Origin: Mustelus asterias
Lineage: Eukaryota
Length of the DNA stretch: 64,000 bases
Direction: 5' to 3'
Assembly (NCBI RefSeq): GCF_964213995.1
Contig: NW_027590147.1
Span: 1 to 64,000, forward strand
Below are positions 1-13,471 of this stretch, piece by piece. A model generated the notes under the pieces. It saw only the letters and a list, made by a program, of their open reading frames with translations, ran no database searches and was not told the origin of the DNA. A program made the position numbers and the translations under genes. Each line of letters starts with the position of its first letter. Position 1 is the stretch's first letter.

Positions 1-22
1 GCATTCAGGTGACCGACCTTAC

Positions 23-133
23 CTCAAAATAGCCACACCCTGGCCGTCATCATGACATTGAAGACAATGCTCTTGAAAAACAAAATTCTTAGTCCCATCA
101 CCGTCAAAGACAAAAAGTTCACCCTCAGTCGAT
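23..133 (-). CDS. TRDC: TCR delta constant region, transmembrane/cytoplasmic exon
   Basis: Acceptor TTTTGGCAG|AT; encodes (D)RLRVNFLSLTVMGLRILFFKSIVFNVMMTARVWLF* with the TCR alpha/delta TM basic residues R and K (LRILFFK). Stop TGA at 26-24 is followed one base later by a GTAAG donor, so the 3'UTR exon lies outside the window. Confidence 0.95.
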
Positions 134-249
134 CTGCCAAAATAAGAGAAACAAATGATAGATCTGGTTTAATGGATATATGATTTGGTATTGAAAAACA
201 ACTGTATACCTCTAATGTGATATTTTTTCCATTATCTAACAGCTTGACT

Positions 250-490
250 TTCGTCCGTCTGTCCATCCCTGTCCGTCCGTCCGTCTGTCCATCTCTGTCA
301 GTCCGTCCGTCTGTCCATCCCTGTCCGTCCGTCCGTCTGTCCATCTCTGTCAGTCCGTCCGTCCGACCGTCTGCTTGCCTGTCTATCTATCTTCATCTCT
401 CTTTCACTCTGAGTTTCTCTCTCTCTCCCCGCCTCTCCTCCTCTCTCGCTATCCCCCTCGATTGATATATCTCTCTCCCTCACTCTGTGT
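250..490. repeat. (GTCC)n/(CTGT)n compound microsatellite and CT-rich tract
   Basis: Visible tandem GTCC/CTGT repeats followed by (CT)n; source of the spurious DGRT/VRPS ORFs. Confidence 0.85.
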
Positions 491-596
491 GACAATCTAT
501 CTTTTTCCCCATCTCACTATGTGTTTATCATTCAATCTCCGGGTCTGTATCCGTGCCTATTTGTCCACTTATCAATCCGTCTATTTGCAAGTATTT

Positions 597-2692
597 TAGA
601 ACATAGAACATTACAGCACAGAACAGGCCCTTCGGCCCACGATGTTGTGCCGACCTTCATCTGAAACCAAGATCAAGCTATCCCACTCCCTACCATCCTG
701 GTGTGCTCCATGTGCCTATCCAATAACCGCTTAAATGTTCCTAAAGTGTCTGACTCCACTATCACTGCAGGCAGTCCATTCCACACCCCAACCACTCTCT
801 GCGTGAAGAACCTACCTCTGATATCCTTCCTATATCTCCCACCATGAACCCTATAGTTATGCCCCCTTGTAATAGCTCCATCCACCCGAGGAAATAGTCT
901 TTGAACGTTCACTCGATCTATCCCCTTCATCATTTTATAAACCTCTATTAAGTCTCCCCTCAATCTCCTCCGCTCCAGAGAGAACAGCCCCAGCTCCCTC
1001 AACCTTTCCTCATAAGACCGACACTCCAAACCAGGCAGCATCCTGGTAAATCTCCTCTGCACTCTTTCCAGCGCTTCCACATCCTTCTTATAGTGAGGTG
1101 ACCAGAACTGCACACAATATTCCAAATGCGGTCTCACCAAGGTCCTGTACAGTTGCAGCATAACCCCACGGCTCTTAAACTCCAACCCCCTGTTAATAAA
1201 AGCTAACACACTATAGGCCTTCTTCACAGCTCTATCCACTTGAGTGGCAACCTTTAGAGATCTGTGGATATGGACCCCAAGATCTCTCGGTTCCTCCACA
1301 GTCTTCAGAACCCTACCTTTGACCCTGTAATCCACATTTAAATTAGTCCTACCAAAATGAATCACCTCACATTTATCAGGGTTAAACTCCATTTGCCATT
1401 TTTCAGCCCAGCTTTGCATCCTATCTATGTCTCTTTGCAGCCTACAACAGCCCTCCACCTCATCCACTACTCCACCAATCTTGGTGTCATCAGCAAATTT
1501 ACTGATCCACCCTTCAGCCCCCTCCTCTAAGTCATTAATAAAAATCACAAAGAGCAGAGGACCAAGCACCGATCCCTGCGGCACTCCGCTAGCAACCTGC
1601 CTCCAGTCCGAAAATTTTCCATCCACCACCACCCTCTGTCTTCGATCAGATAGCCAGTTACCTATCCAATCGGCCAACTTTCTCTCTATCCCACACCTCC
1701 TTACTTTCATCATAAGCCGACCATGGGGGACCTTATCAAACGCCTTACTAAAATCCATGTATATGACATCAACCGCCCTACCTTCATCAACACACCTAGT
1801 TACCTCCTCAAAAAATTCTATCAAATTTGTGAGGCACGATTTGCCCTTCACAAATCCGTGCTGACTATCCCGGATTAATCCGCATCTTTCTAAATGGTCG
1901 TAAATCCCATCCCTAAGGACCTTTTCCATCAATTTACCAACCACCGAAGTCAGACTAACCGGTCTATAATTACCAGGGTCATTTCTATTCCCTTTCTTAA
2001 ACAGAGGAACAACATTCGCCACTCTCCAGTCCTCTGGCACCATCCCCGTGGACAGCGAGGACCCAAAGATCAAAGCCAAAGGCTCTGCAATCTCATCCCT
2101 CGCCTCCCAAAGAATCCTAGGATACATTTCATCAGGCCCAGGGGACTTATCGACCTTCAGTTTATTCAAAACTGCCAATACATCCTCCCTCCGAACATCT
2201 ATTTCCTCCAGCCTATTAGCCTGTAACACCTTCTCTTCCTGAAAAACATGGCCCCTCTCCTTGGTGAACACTGAAGAAAAGTATTCATTCATCACCTCGC
2301 CTATCTCTACTGATTCCATACACAAGTTCCCACCACTGTCCTTGACCGGCCCTAACCTCACCCTGGTCATTCTTTTATTCCTCACATAAGAGTAAAAAGC
2401 CTTGGGGTTTTCCTTGATCCGACCCGCCAAGGACTTCTCATGTCCCCTCCTAGCTCTCCTCAGCCCCTTTTTCAGCTCATTCCTTGCTAACTTGTAACCC
2501 TCAATCGAGCCATCTGAACCTTGTTTCCTCATCCCGACATAAGCTTCCCTCTTCCTTTTCACAAGACATTCCACCTCTTTTGTGAACCACGGTTCCCTCA
2601 CTCGGCCATTTCCTCCCTGCCTGACAGGGACATACCTATCAAGGACACCCAGTATTTGTTCCTTGAAAAAGTTCCACTTTTCATCAGTGCCT
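597..2692 (-). mobile_element. 5'-truncated young CR1 LINE in the Cdelta hinge-TM intron
   Basis: Uninterrupted ORF2 segment with RT motifs (NYRPVSLTS, GVPQGSVLGP, FADD) and CR1 C-terminus; (TTCTATG)-type 3' tail near 600. Confidence 0.95.
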
Positions 2693-2725
2693 TTTACTTT
2701 GATAAATGTTGAATAAAGCACATAC

Positions 2726-2788
2726 CGTTTTCCGTGTCACTTGATTCTGTCAAGGAATCACTTCGACCTGTAGGGCATTTAGGTTTAT
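2726..2788 (-). CDS. TRDC: TCR delta constant region, connecting-peptide (hinge) exon
   Basis: 63-nt phase 1/1 exon: TTTTGCCCTTCCAG|AT AAA CCT AAA TGC...GAA AAC G|GTATGT; encodes (D)KPKCPTGRSDSLTESSDTEN with the expected interchain Cys. Confidence 0.88.
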
Positions 2789-3704
2789 CTGGAAGGGCAA
2801 AAATGACATTTGACTTATTAAGTGAGCAAGTGACATTACTGTAACCATGTTTGTTCTCAATATCACTTTGAATAATGTTGTTGTCATAACCAAAAGCCAC
2901 GAAGAAAGTAAGAATCAAACAGCACGATTGGACTTGTTCACTTGATTATTCACAACGGAGAAACATTGGTAGCTCTGCCATTTAGTTCGGCCCAATTCTG
3001 AGTTCAAAGAGTGCAGGATCGATTCCCCATCAGGGATTAAAACCCAGGATCCAGGGCCGTTCCATCAGTGCAGTATTTCACTGTCTTCCGAAAACGTCGT
3101 GAAACCGAGGCCTGATTTCAGCTCTGCAGTGGATTAAATGATATCAGGGCATTTCTCCAGAGGAACGGGATTCTCCAGTACCCTGGTTAGTATTTAATAC
3201 GTTCCTAAATTCGGTGATGTACCAGCAGTTACGGGCCCTGCACACTGCCCTGAATTATAATAGTTAGCTCTTATTATTTTTATTCATTTACGGAATGTGG
3301 ACATCGCTGGCAGGTCAGCATTTATTGCCAATCCCTAACTGCCCCCTTCAGAAGATGGTTGTGAGTCTCCTGCTTGAACCTCTGCAGTCTGTCAGGGGTA
3401 CGTACTCACACAGTGCTGTTAGGGAAGAAGTTCCACCATTTTGACTCAGCGACAGTGAAGGAACTGCCGAAACATTTCCAAGTCAGGATGCTGAGTGACA
3501 TGGAGGGTAACGTCCAGATGATGGTGTTCCCAGGTATCTGCTGCCCTTGTCCTCCGAGATGATAACGGTCGTGAGTTTGGAAGATTCAGCGGAAGGAGAC
3601 TTGGAGAGTTACTGCTGTGTATCTTGTGGATGGCACACACTGCTGCCATTGTGCTTCGGTGGTGGAAGAAGTGGATGTTTGTGAATAGAGTACTTAATGC
3701 TTGA

Positions 3705-4090
3705 GCCGCACAGTGGCACAGTGGTTAGTACTGCTGCACCGCCACCCCCCCCCCCCCCCCACGCCCCGCCACTCCCCTCCGCCCCCCCCGCCCCCCCCCC
3801 CCCGCCTCTCCCCCCCCCCCCCCCCCCAAAGTGTCAGGGACCTGTGTTCGATTCCCGGGCTTGGGTGACTGTCTGTGCAGAGTCTGCACGTTTTCCTCGT
3901 GTCAGCGTGGGTTTGATCCGGGCGCTCCGGTTTCCTCCCACAGTCCGAAAGACGTGCTGATTAGATGCATTGGCCATGCTAAATTCTCCCTCAGTGTAAC
4001 CCGAACAGGCACAGAGTGTGGCGACTATGGGATTGTCACAATAAATTCATTGCAGTTTTAATGTAAGCCGACTTGTGACACTCATAAACA
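3705..4090 (+). mobile_element. tRNA-derived HE1/V-SINE-like element interrupted by a poly-C tract
   Basis: GGCACAGTGGTTAG A-box and GTTCGATTCC B-box, conserved GGTTTCCTCCCACAGTCC core; poly-C run at about 3740-3830. Confidence 0.75.
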
Positions 4091-4357
4091 CACTGTTAAT
4101 CAAGCGGAGCTGCTTTGTCCTGGGTCGTGTCAAATGTCTGAGTGTTATTGGAGCTGCATTCATCGAGGCAAGTGGCGAATACACTACCACAGTCATGATT
4201 ATGTCTTGTGGATGGGGCAGAGAATTTGGGGGATGAGGAGATACGTTACTCACCACAGGATTCCCAATCTCCGACATTCTCTTGCAGCTACAGCACTTAT
4301 ATGGATAGTCCAGTCCAGTTTCTGAGCAACGTTAACCCTCAGGATGTTGATAGTGGG

Positions 4358-4740
4358 GGTTGACCTGATAGAAGTCTACAGGATTATGAGAGGCATGGGC
4401 AGAGTGGATAGTTAGAAGCTTTTTCCCAGGGTGGAAGAGTCAATTACTCGGGGGCATAGATTTAAGGTGCGAGGGGCAAGGTTTAAAGGAGACGTACGAG
4501 GCAGAGTTTTTACACAGAAGGTGGTGGGTGTCTGGAACTCGTTGCCGGGGGAGGTAGTGGAAGGAGATATGATAGTGAGTTTTAAGGGACATCTGGACAA
4601 ATACATGAATAAGATGGGAATAGAGCGATATGGTCCCCGGAAGGGAAAGGGGTTTTAGTTAAGTCGGGCAGCATCGTCGGTGCAGGCTTGGAGGGCCGAA
4701 GGGCCTGTTCCTGTGCTGTAATTTTCTTTGTTCTTTGTTT
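4358..4740 (+). mobile_element. CR1 3' fragment inserted in an older decayed LINE
   Basis: TRGHRFKV...FTQKVVGVWNSLP C-terminal motif and GAAGGGCCTGTTCCTGTGCTGT 3' end. Confidence 0.8.
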
Positions 4741-5528
4741 CAGTCATGGTAATGCCATTAAATGTCAAGAGCCGGTTGTTAGCTTCTTTCCTGTTGGAGT
4801 TGGGCATTGCCTGGAACATGTGTGGCGCAAATGTTACTTGCAGCTTGTCAGTCAAAGCCTAGGTATTGTCCAGCTATTGGTGCATTTGTAATGCACTACT
4901 ACAAGATCTGAGGTGTCATGAATGGTGCTGAAAATTGTTCAGTCATCAGCGAACATCCCAACTTCTGACCTTACAATGGATTGAAGGTGATTGATGAAGC
5001 AACTGAAGCTGGTTAGGCCTGAGACACTGAGGAACTCCTGCAGTGAAGTCCCCAGACTAGGATAATTGACCGTCAATCATTAGTCAGCTAATCTTTCAAA
5101 AAGACTACACTTTGAGTGACGATGACACCGAGAGTCCTTAGGTCGTTAAGAGGATGGATAATATTTAGTGCAAGTTCTTCCTGTCATAAAACATTCTGAG
5201 AGGACGCAGTGGCGCAGTGGCATTGTCACTGGACTGGTAATCCAACGACCCAGAATGCTGACCTGGGAATGGCAGCTGCGAAATTTGAACATTTTTTTTA
5301 AAATTGGAATTAAAAGTTTCATGATGACCCTGAAACCATTGTCGATTATCATTAAAACTCATCTGGTTCACTAACTTCCTTCAGCGAACGAAATCTGCCG
5401 TCCTTACATGGTCTGGCCGGCAAGTGACCCTTAAATGTCCTCTGCTGAAGGGCAGTTTAGGACGGGCAATAAATGTTGGCCAAGCCAACGACACCCACAT
5501 CACGTGAACGAAAATAAAATAAACTTAC

Positions 5529-5840
5529 CAATTTCAGCTGTGGGCGGGATGTTTACTGAGTAATTTCGATTATCGTGAAATGCCTTGCACGTGATGTTTG
5601 GCGATTTCTCGGATTGGCGGAAAGAGAGAAAACCCGAGCTCCTGTAATTCCCGCTCTCCAATAGGACACTGGGTCTTGTCACATTGGCCTCCTGGCCCGA
5701 TCCCGTGTACAGGGAGAGCATGATTGCGTTGGGCGAGAAGTCCGAGGCCAAGCAAACTGCAGCTGTGTCGATGCCGGTGGCTCCCCGTGGCACTGGCGGG
5801 TAAAAGACGCTCAATGTAGGCTCCACCGGGCCTTTCGCCT
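5529..5840 (-). CDS. TRDC: TCR delta constant Ig domain exon
   Basis: 312-nt phase 1/1 exon: TTTTCAG|AG GCG AAA...GAA ATT G|GTAAGT; encodes (K)AKGPVEPTLSVFYPP...AAVCLASDFSP...YRSSGFL...NITCKAFH, a C1-set domain with both canonical Cys. It joins in phase to the J donors. Confidence 0.95.
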
Positions 5841-6051
5841 CTGAAAATTTAATAAATAAAAGGAAATAATCAGAATCCAACAGAGTGACCTCCTCCAACC
5901 TGCTGAGCCATTCGATTAGACCCGCATTTTTTCTATGTCTTAACCCTATGTGAGTTTCTCCATGAATTTACCGAATGCTGAGACTGGATAATTAGGGCTT
6001 TTTCGCTTGGCACAGAGAAGGCTGAGGAGTGACGCCTCTCTTTCTCTCTCC

Positions 6052-6086
<35 letters not shown>

Positions 6087-6214
6087 ACCTTCACACACTC
6101 ACATGCACACGCACACATGCCCAGGCATATAAGCAGATAGACGGACATGCATAGACACATATGCACACAAACACACACACACACGCACACATATACATAC
6201 ACACACACACGGGT

Positions 6215-6981
6215 GAACATAGAAACATAGAACAGTACAGCACAGAACAGGCCCTTCGGCCCACGATGTTGTGCCGAGCTTTATCTGAAACCAAGATCAA
6301 GCTATCCCACTCCCTATCATCCTGGTGTGCTCCATCTGCCTATCCATTAACCGCTTAAATGTTCCTAAAGTGTCTGACTCCACTATCACTGCAGGCAGTC
6401 CATTCCACACCCCAACTACTCTCTGCGTAAAGAACCTACCTCTGATATCCTTCCTATATCTCCCACCATGAACCCTATAGTTATGCCCCCTTGTAATAGC
6501 TCCATCCACCCGAGGAAATAGTCTTTGAACGTTCACTCTATCTATCCCCTTCATCATTTTATCAACCTCTATTAAGTCTCCCCTCAGCCTCCTCCGCTCC
6601 AGAGAGAACAGCCCCAGCTCCCTCAACCTTTCCTCATAAGACCTACCCTCCAAACCAGGCAGCATCCTGGTAAATCTCCTCTGCACTCTTTCCAGCGCTT
6701 CCACATCCTTCTTATAGTGAGGTGACCAGAACTGCACACAATATTCCAAATGTGGTCTCACCAAGGTCCTGTACAGTTGCAGCATAACCCCACGGCTCTT
6801 AAACTCCACACACTATAGGCCTTCTTCACAGCTCTATCCACTTGAGTGGCAACCTTTAGAGATCTGTGGATATGGACCCCAAGATCTCTCTGTTCCTCCA
6901 CAGTCTTCAGAACCGTACCTTTGACCCCGTAATCCACATTTAAATTAGTCCTACCAAAATGAATCACCTCACATTTATCAG
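6215..6981 (-). mobile_element. 5'-truncated CR1, same young subfamily as 597-2692
   Basis: Nearly identical to 597-1380 apart from a short deletion near 6808; 3' tail at 6215. Confidence 0.92.
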
Positions 6982-8630
6982 GTGAGATCCTAAATGAATA
7001 TTTCTCATCAGTCTTTACTGTTGAGAAAAGCATGGATGTTAGGGAACTTGGGGAAATAAATAGTGATGTCTTAAGGAGTGTACATATAACAGAGAAAGAG
7101 GTGCTGGAAGTCTTAAAGCGCATTGAGGTAGATAAATCCCCGGGAACTGATGAAGTGTATCCCAGGATATTGTGGGAGGCTAGGGAGGAATTTGCGGGTT
7201 CCCGAGCAGAGATATTTAAATCATTGTTAGTCATAGGTGAGGTGCCTGAAGATTGGAGGGTGGCAAATGTTGTGCCTTTGTTTAAAAAGGGCTGCAGGGA
7301 AAAGCCTGGGAACTACAGGCCAGTGAGTCTCACATCTGTGGTGGGTAAGTTGTTGGAACGTATTTTGAGAGACAGGATCTACAGGCATTTAGAAATGCAA
7401 GGACTGATTCGGGACAGTCAGAATGGCCTTGTGAGTTTGAGTTTTTGAAGGGATAGCCAAGAAGGCAGTTGATGTTGTCTACATGGAAGTTGGCAAGGCC
7501 TTTGACAAGTTTCCTCATGGTAGGTTGATTGTAAAGTTAAATCTCACAGGATCCAGCGTGAGGAAGCCAAATGGATACAAAATTGGCTTGATCACAGAAG
7601 CCAGAGGGTGGTTGTAGACGTTGTTTTTCAAACTGGAGGCCTGTGACCAGCGGAGTGCCTCAGGGATCAGTGTTGGGTCCAATGTTATTTGTCATCTATA
7701 TTAATGATTTGGATGAAAATATAGGAGGCATGGTTGGTACGTTTGCAGGTGACACCAAGATTTGTGGCATAGTGGACAGTGCGGAAGGTTATTTCGGTTT
7801 GCAATGGGATCTTGATCAATTGGGCCAGTGGGCTGACGAGTGGCAGACAGAGTTTAATTTAGACAAATGCGAGGTGAGGCATTTTGGTAGATTGAACCAG
7901 GGCAGGACTCACTCAGTTAATGGTAGGGCGTTGGCGAGACATACAGAACAAAGAGATCTAGGGGTGCACGTTCATAGCTCCTTGAAAGTGGCGTCACAGG
8001 TGGACAGATTGGTGAAGACGGCATTCAGCATGCTTGGTTTCAATGGATATCGGAGTTGGGACGTCTTGTTGAAGTTGTACAAGACATTGTTAAGGCCACA
8101 CTTTGAATACTGTGTACAGTTCTGATCACCCTATTATAGAAATGATATGATTAAACTAGAAAGAGTGCAGAAAAGATTTTCCAGGATGCTACTGGGACTT
8201 GATGGTTTGAGTTATAAGGAGAGGCTGGATAGACTGGGACTTTTTTCTCTGAGGGGGCTGAGAGGTGATCTCATAGAGGTCTATAAAATAATGAGGGGCA
8301 TAGATCAGTCAGATAGTCAAAGGTAGGGGAGTCTGCAACTAGAGGGCATAGGTTTAAGGTGAGAGGGAGAGATACAAAAGTGTCCACAGGGGCATTTCTT
8401 TCACACAGAGGGTGGTGAGTGTCCGGAACAAGCTGCCAGAGGTAGTAGTAGAGGGAGGTACAATTTTGTCTTTTAAAAAGCATTTGGACAGTTACATGGG
8501 TACGATGGGTTTAGAGGGATATGGGCCAAATGCAGGCAATTGGGGCTAGCTTAGGGTTTATGAAAAAGGCGCCATGAAAAAGTTGGGCCAAAGGGCCTGT
8601 TTCCAAGTTGTAAACCTCTATGATTCTATG
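6982..8630 (+). mobile_element. Decayed CR1 RT-3' region
   Basis: Frameshifted ORF2 pieces (VDKSPG, NYRPVSLTS, GVPQGSVLGP) and 3' tail near 8620. Confidence 0.9.
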
Positions 8631-8769
8631 ACACTATGACACACACATGCATCTGGAAACATGCATACCCCCGCCCCGCCCCCCCCTCCCCCCCCTCCCC
8701 CCCCCCTCCCCCCCACACACACACACAGACACACACTGAGACATTGAGAGACACACACACCCAGCACCA

Positions 8770-9137
8770 CACACAAACACAGAGAGACTGGATTTGGGGA
8801 CCAAATAAAATATTTCCAATCTTGCTGATGAGCACAACTAATGGTGAGGAGGATACAAGGAGGACTTGAAGGGAGTTGGGACAGGCTGAGTAAATGGGCA
8901 AGAACATGGCAGATGAAATAAAACTGAATATGTGTGAAGTTATCCATTCTGGCAGAAAGAAAAGACATCAGAAAGGCAGAGTATTTCCTAAACAGTGCGA
9001 GATTGGACAGGGTTGTTGCCAGAGAGAGCTGGATGTCCTTGTTCATGGGTCAGCAAAAATTAGCATGTAGGCACAGCAAGACATGTGGAAGGCAAATGAT
9101 ACATATTTGTGGAATCAAATAGGAGCGCGAGAGCGCG

Positions 9138-9174
<37 letters not shown>

Positions 9175-10030
9175 CATGATCTGTTTGAAAGTTGGAGCAT
9201 TATTTTTGGGCCAAATGGCCTACTCCTGCTCTTATGTTCCTTTGAGACTGAAATACTTTTGCACGCCGCAGACACACACAGGCAAGCATGGACGTACAGG
9301 CACACAGGCGTACACACACCCACACACACACATACAAACACACCCACGCACAGATCGAGAGACAATCAGACGGAGGTATTGAGAGACAGACATGCCCAGA
9401 AACAAACACAGTGACTGGAACACACCCAGAAACTTGATGTGGGGACCAAATAAAATAGGTAAAACCTTGCTGATGGCACAGACATAATGGAGAGGAGGAT
9501 GCAATGGGGGCTTCAAGGGCATTTGGACAGGCTGAGTGAATGCGCAAAGACATGGCAGATGGAATAAAAAGTAACTAAGTATGAAGTTATCCACTCTGGC
9601 TGGGGGGAAAAAAAACAGAAATACAGAATATGTCCCACATGGTGCAAGGTTGAAAAGAGTTGACTTCCAGAGAGACCTGTTCACTAAAAGCTAGCATTCA
9701 GGTACAGCAAACAATGAGGAAGGCAAATGCTACGTTTCTGTGTCACAAAATATTAATGTGAGTGTGCGTGTAGCTTGTGTGTGTGTTTGTGTGCATCTGT
9801 GTGAGTGTTTCTGTGTGTGCTTTTGTATGGGTGGGTGCGTGTGTGCACGTCTGTGAACGTGTGTGAATGTGCCATGATCAGTTTGAATGTTCGATCAGTA
9901 TTGATGGGCCAAATGGCCTATACCTGCTTCTATGTTGATTCGAGATTTGAATACATACACACGCCGCAGACACTCACACAGACAGGTATGGACATACAGA
10001 CGTACAAACACACTCACACATAAACACACA
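8770..10030. repeat. Old ~650-bp tandem duplication of a CR1 fragment flanked by CA/GT microsatellites
   Basis: GGGGACCAAATAAAATA occurs near 8796 and 9441; TTGGACAGGCTGAGT, GTGAAGTTATCCA/ATGAAGTTATCCA, GGGCCAAATGGCCTA and ACGCCGCAGACAC each recur in both units. Confidence 0.7.
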
Positions 10031-10469
10031 CACACACACACGCACGCGCACATGCACGCACAAATACGCACGCACATATATATCTATACAGAATGATATG
10101 CAGTGTAGTCGTGTTTATTAAGACAATGTGATAAAATGTGATAGAATGCTGAATATGCAAATGACACAATAAACAGCATTGTAAGCAGCGTAGCTGGAAG
10201 CATCAAATTGCAAAGAAATATTAATATTTTGTGAATGGATAAAACTAATGGATGTTTTCAGTGCAGGGAAATGTAAGTTAACGCACCTTAGAATTAAAAA
10301 TCAATGAACCATGTTGTTTATAATTGTCCATATGCTAAGACTAAGCATTGATCAACGAATGTCTTTATTCAAATTCTTTAGACAGGTAAAGAAGACAGAA
10401 TGCATAAACACTGAGAGACCGAAAAATATATTCGGAGCTTAATATTCATGTTTGAATGTGAAGATCTGA

Positions 10470-11446
10470 GATTATATATTAACGATCTAGATGACGGGAC
10501 TGGGAGCATTCTGGCCAAGTTTGCCGATGATACAAAGATAGGTGGAGGGGCAGGTAGTATTGAGGAGGTGGGGAGGCTGCAGAAAGATTTAGACAGTTTA
10601 GGAGAGTGGTCCAAGAAGTGGCTGATGAAATTCAACGTGGGCAAGTGCGAGGTCGTACACTTTGGAAAAAAGAATAGAGGCATGGACTATTTTCTAAACG
10701 GTGACAAAATTCATAATGCTAAAGTGCAAAGGGACTTGGGAGTCCTAGTCCAGGATTCTCTAAAGGTAAACTTGCAGGTTGAGTCCGTAATTAAGAAAGC
10801 AAATGTAATGTTGTCATTTATCTCAAGAGGCTTGGAATACAAAAGCAGGGATGTACTTCTGAGGCTTTATAAAGCACTGGTTAGGCCCCATTTGGAGTAC
10901 TGTGAGCAATTTTGGGCCCCACACCTCAGGAAGGACATACTGGCACTGGAGCGGGTCCAGCGGAGATTCACACGGATGATCCCAGGAATGGTAGGCCTGA
11001 CATACGATGAACGTCTGAGGATCGTGGGATTATATTCATTGGAGTTTAGGAGGTTGAGGGGAGATCTGATAGAAACTTACAAGATAATGAACGGCTTAGA
11101 TAGGATGGACGTAGGGAAGTTGTTTCCATTAACAGGGGAGACTAGGACGCGGGGGCACAGCCTTAGAATAAAAGGGAGTCACTTTAGAACAGAGATGAGG
11201 AGAAATTTCTTCAGCCAGAGAGTGGTGGGTCTGTGGAATTCATTGCCACAGAGGGCTGTGGAGGCCGAGACGTTGAGCGTCTTCAAGACAGAAATTGATA
11301 AATTCTTGATTTCTCGAGGAATTAAGGGCTATGGGGAGAGAGCGGGTAAATGGAGTTGAAATCAACCATGATTGAATGGTGGAGTGGACTCGATGGGCCG
11401 AATGGCCTTACTTCCGCTCCTATGTCTTATGGTCTTATGGTCTTAT
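10470..11446 (+). mobile_element. 5'-truncated CR1 (RT C-terminal half, open frame)
   Basis: YINDLD...FADDTK...WNSLP ORF; (TCTTATGG)n tail. Confidence 0.93.
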
Positions 11447-13409
11447 CAGGATTGAAATAAAGAAGAGTCCGCAATCAGAACCGGCAACATTTTTGTTCTG
11501 GTTTTCATAAAATTAAAAATCAGCATTTAAGAATTCCTTGAACAGAGCAGGAGGAGAAGAAATTTTACTCTGTAAGCTGTATGTATGTTCAGAGTACCCG
11601 ATTAACAGTGGAGATGATGTTTAACTCTAAAACGCTGGAATTTAGTTAAGGAGTGACTTAATCATTCCCAAACGGAGAGGGTTGATAAACAGGAACATTT
11701 GCTGCTGGTTGGGGAGTTCAAGATTCAAGCAAATTGGATTTTTGACGATGTTTAATGTTTAAGACTTTCAGGAGCGAAATCAGGAAACATTTTTCAACTT
11801 AATACCTCACTTTCCTCCATTAAGACATTTCCTAAATCCAATCCTTTTTTGATGAAATCTAATATCGTGTGCAGTTTTGGTCCCCTTTCGAAGAAAAAAT
11901 ACACTTGCAATAGAAAGAGTGCAGAAAAAGTACACCAGACTGATTATTAGGATGGCAGGATTGTCGTTTCAGGAGAGGCGACTGCATCTGTATTCACTTG
12001 GAGTTTAGAACATGAGAGGCGATGTCATTGAAATATACAGAATTTTAGCAGTGATGAGCAGACTGGATGCAGGGATATTGTTTCCTTTGGCGGGGTGGGG
12101 TCCAGAAAAAGGGAGCAAAGTTTCAGTGTTCAGGGTTGGACATTTAATTCTGAGATGAGGACATTTTGTCTTGACTCAGAGGCTGGAGAACTGTAATTCT
12201 CTACCACAGAAGTTTGTGGATGCGAAATCAGTGAATATATTTTAAAATGATATATATTTCTATACTCTAAAGGTGTCAAGAATTATGAGGAGAGGGCTAG
12301 TATGATGTTGAGTTACAGGGTCAGCCACGTTCGTATCGAATGGCAGAGCAGGGTTTAAGTGTCGACTGATCCACTCGTGCTCCTATTTTCTATCTTTCTC
12401 TATATTATATATGTCCATGAAGGAAAGTGCTGGGTGATAGCGCTGAATATTAATTCTTTCATAAAACTCACAAGACGAAATTAATCACAGTGATATCTGA
12501 CTCTGTAACAAACTTTTGATTGAAACTATCACTAAACATTCTTCATGCAACATTGTGGGATGGTTGCAGCGAAATGGCAATGTCATTGGATTAGTAGTGC
12601 AGAACCCCGGGCTAATTTCTCTGAAGGAATGGGTTCAATTCCCACCCCAGCACTCGGAGTAATTTCAAATAAATTGATCGAAGTGTAGCCTCCAGTAAAA
12701 ACTCCGGCAACTATCGACGATTGCCGTAAAAAAACATTGCCGTTCAATGGTTGGCATCTTATCTTTGCAGAAAAAAGCTTTGAATAAGATCTCGGCAGAG
12801 GGCTAATTCAGAGTTTATGCGTTTGGGGTAATATATTCGCATGGAAAGAGGATTCGCCAATCGATAGGATACAGAGAGTTGGGATAAGAGGAGCATTTTC
12901 AGGGTGACAATCTGTTACAAGTGGAGTGCCTCAGCGATCAATGCTCGGGCCACAATTATTTACAATATACATAATGACTTGGACGAGGGAAGTGAATTTA
13001 TTATTGCCAAGTTTGCGAATGAAAACAGGACTTCTGCCATGGGTTGTAAATGCCCATTTAGATCAACAATGTCCTTTGGAGAAGGAAATATGTCGTCCAG
13101 TGGTTTGGATCCAAGAAGCAATGTCATGGAACCTGAAATTGCCCAGAGGGCAATTCGGATTTGATTTGATTTGTTTTGATTTAATGCCCACATCCAAGAA
13201 GTAAAAGTAAAATTATGATTTTTTTAGTCCAATATGACATTACTAAGGACTGGAGCTACAAAGACTGTACACTGCAATTTAGGACGAGCTGAGGTGGATA
13301 TTCAGCTGCGCAAATTCATTATATCAGTGCAATGTCCTCAATTACCTTCCCACATGATGCTGGCTCCCTGTCTATCACAGATAATGACATTAAGTAAGCT
13401 TATCCTTAC

Positions 13410-13471
13410 TGGTCACATATTTCACTGCTGAATGTGGGTGTCTCACTGTGATTAATAAATATGCAGGAAAA
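13410..13471 (-). pseudogene. Possible highly decayed J relic
   Basis: Plus-strand CACTGTG-12-GCAGGAAAA next to 34 nt ending CCA|GTAAG on minus. The TTCAGCAGTGAA core resembles TTCGGCAGTGGA (FGSG) but is out of splice phase. Confidence 0.25.

Noticed and set aside
24-599. Long N-terminal part of ORF 24..344 and overlapping ORFs
   Set aside because: Only 23-133 is exon; the rest is intron and GTCC/CT microsatellite translation.
3697-3960. Proline-rich ORF / possible G-quadruplex
   Set aside because: Poly-C expansion inside a SINE; low complexity and error-prone. The same applies to the runs near 8670, 23740 and 58430.
23-5840. Assignment as TCR alpha constant region
   Set aside because: An upstream 12/23 D, a small J cluster, the NARTCR cassette, and a TM preceded by VNFLSLTV without the alpha connecting-peptide motif all indicate delta.
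6215-8630. Twin-priming inversion of one LINE
   Set aside because: Both arms have their own 3' tail and cover overlapping ORF2 regions from different subfamilies, so they are two elements joined head to head.
10155-10162. Octamer ATGCAAAT
   Set aside because: Lies in a decayed CR1 FADDTK-coding stretch; likely chance.
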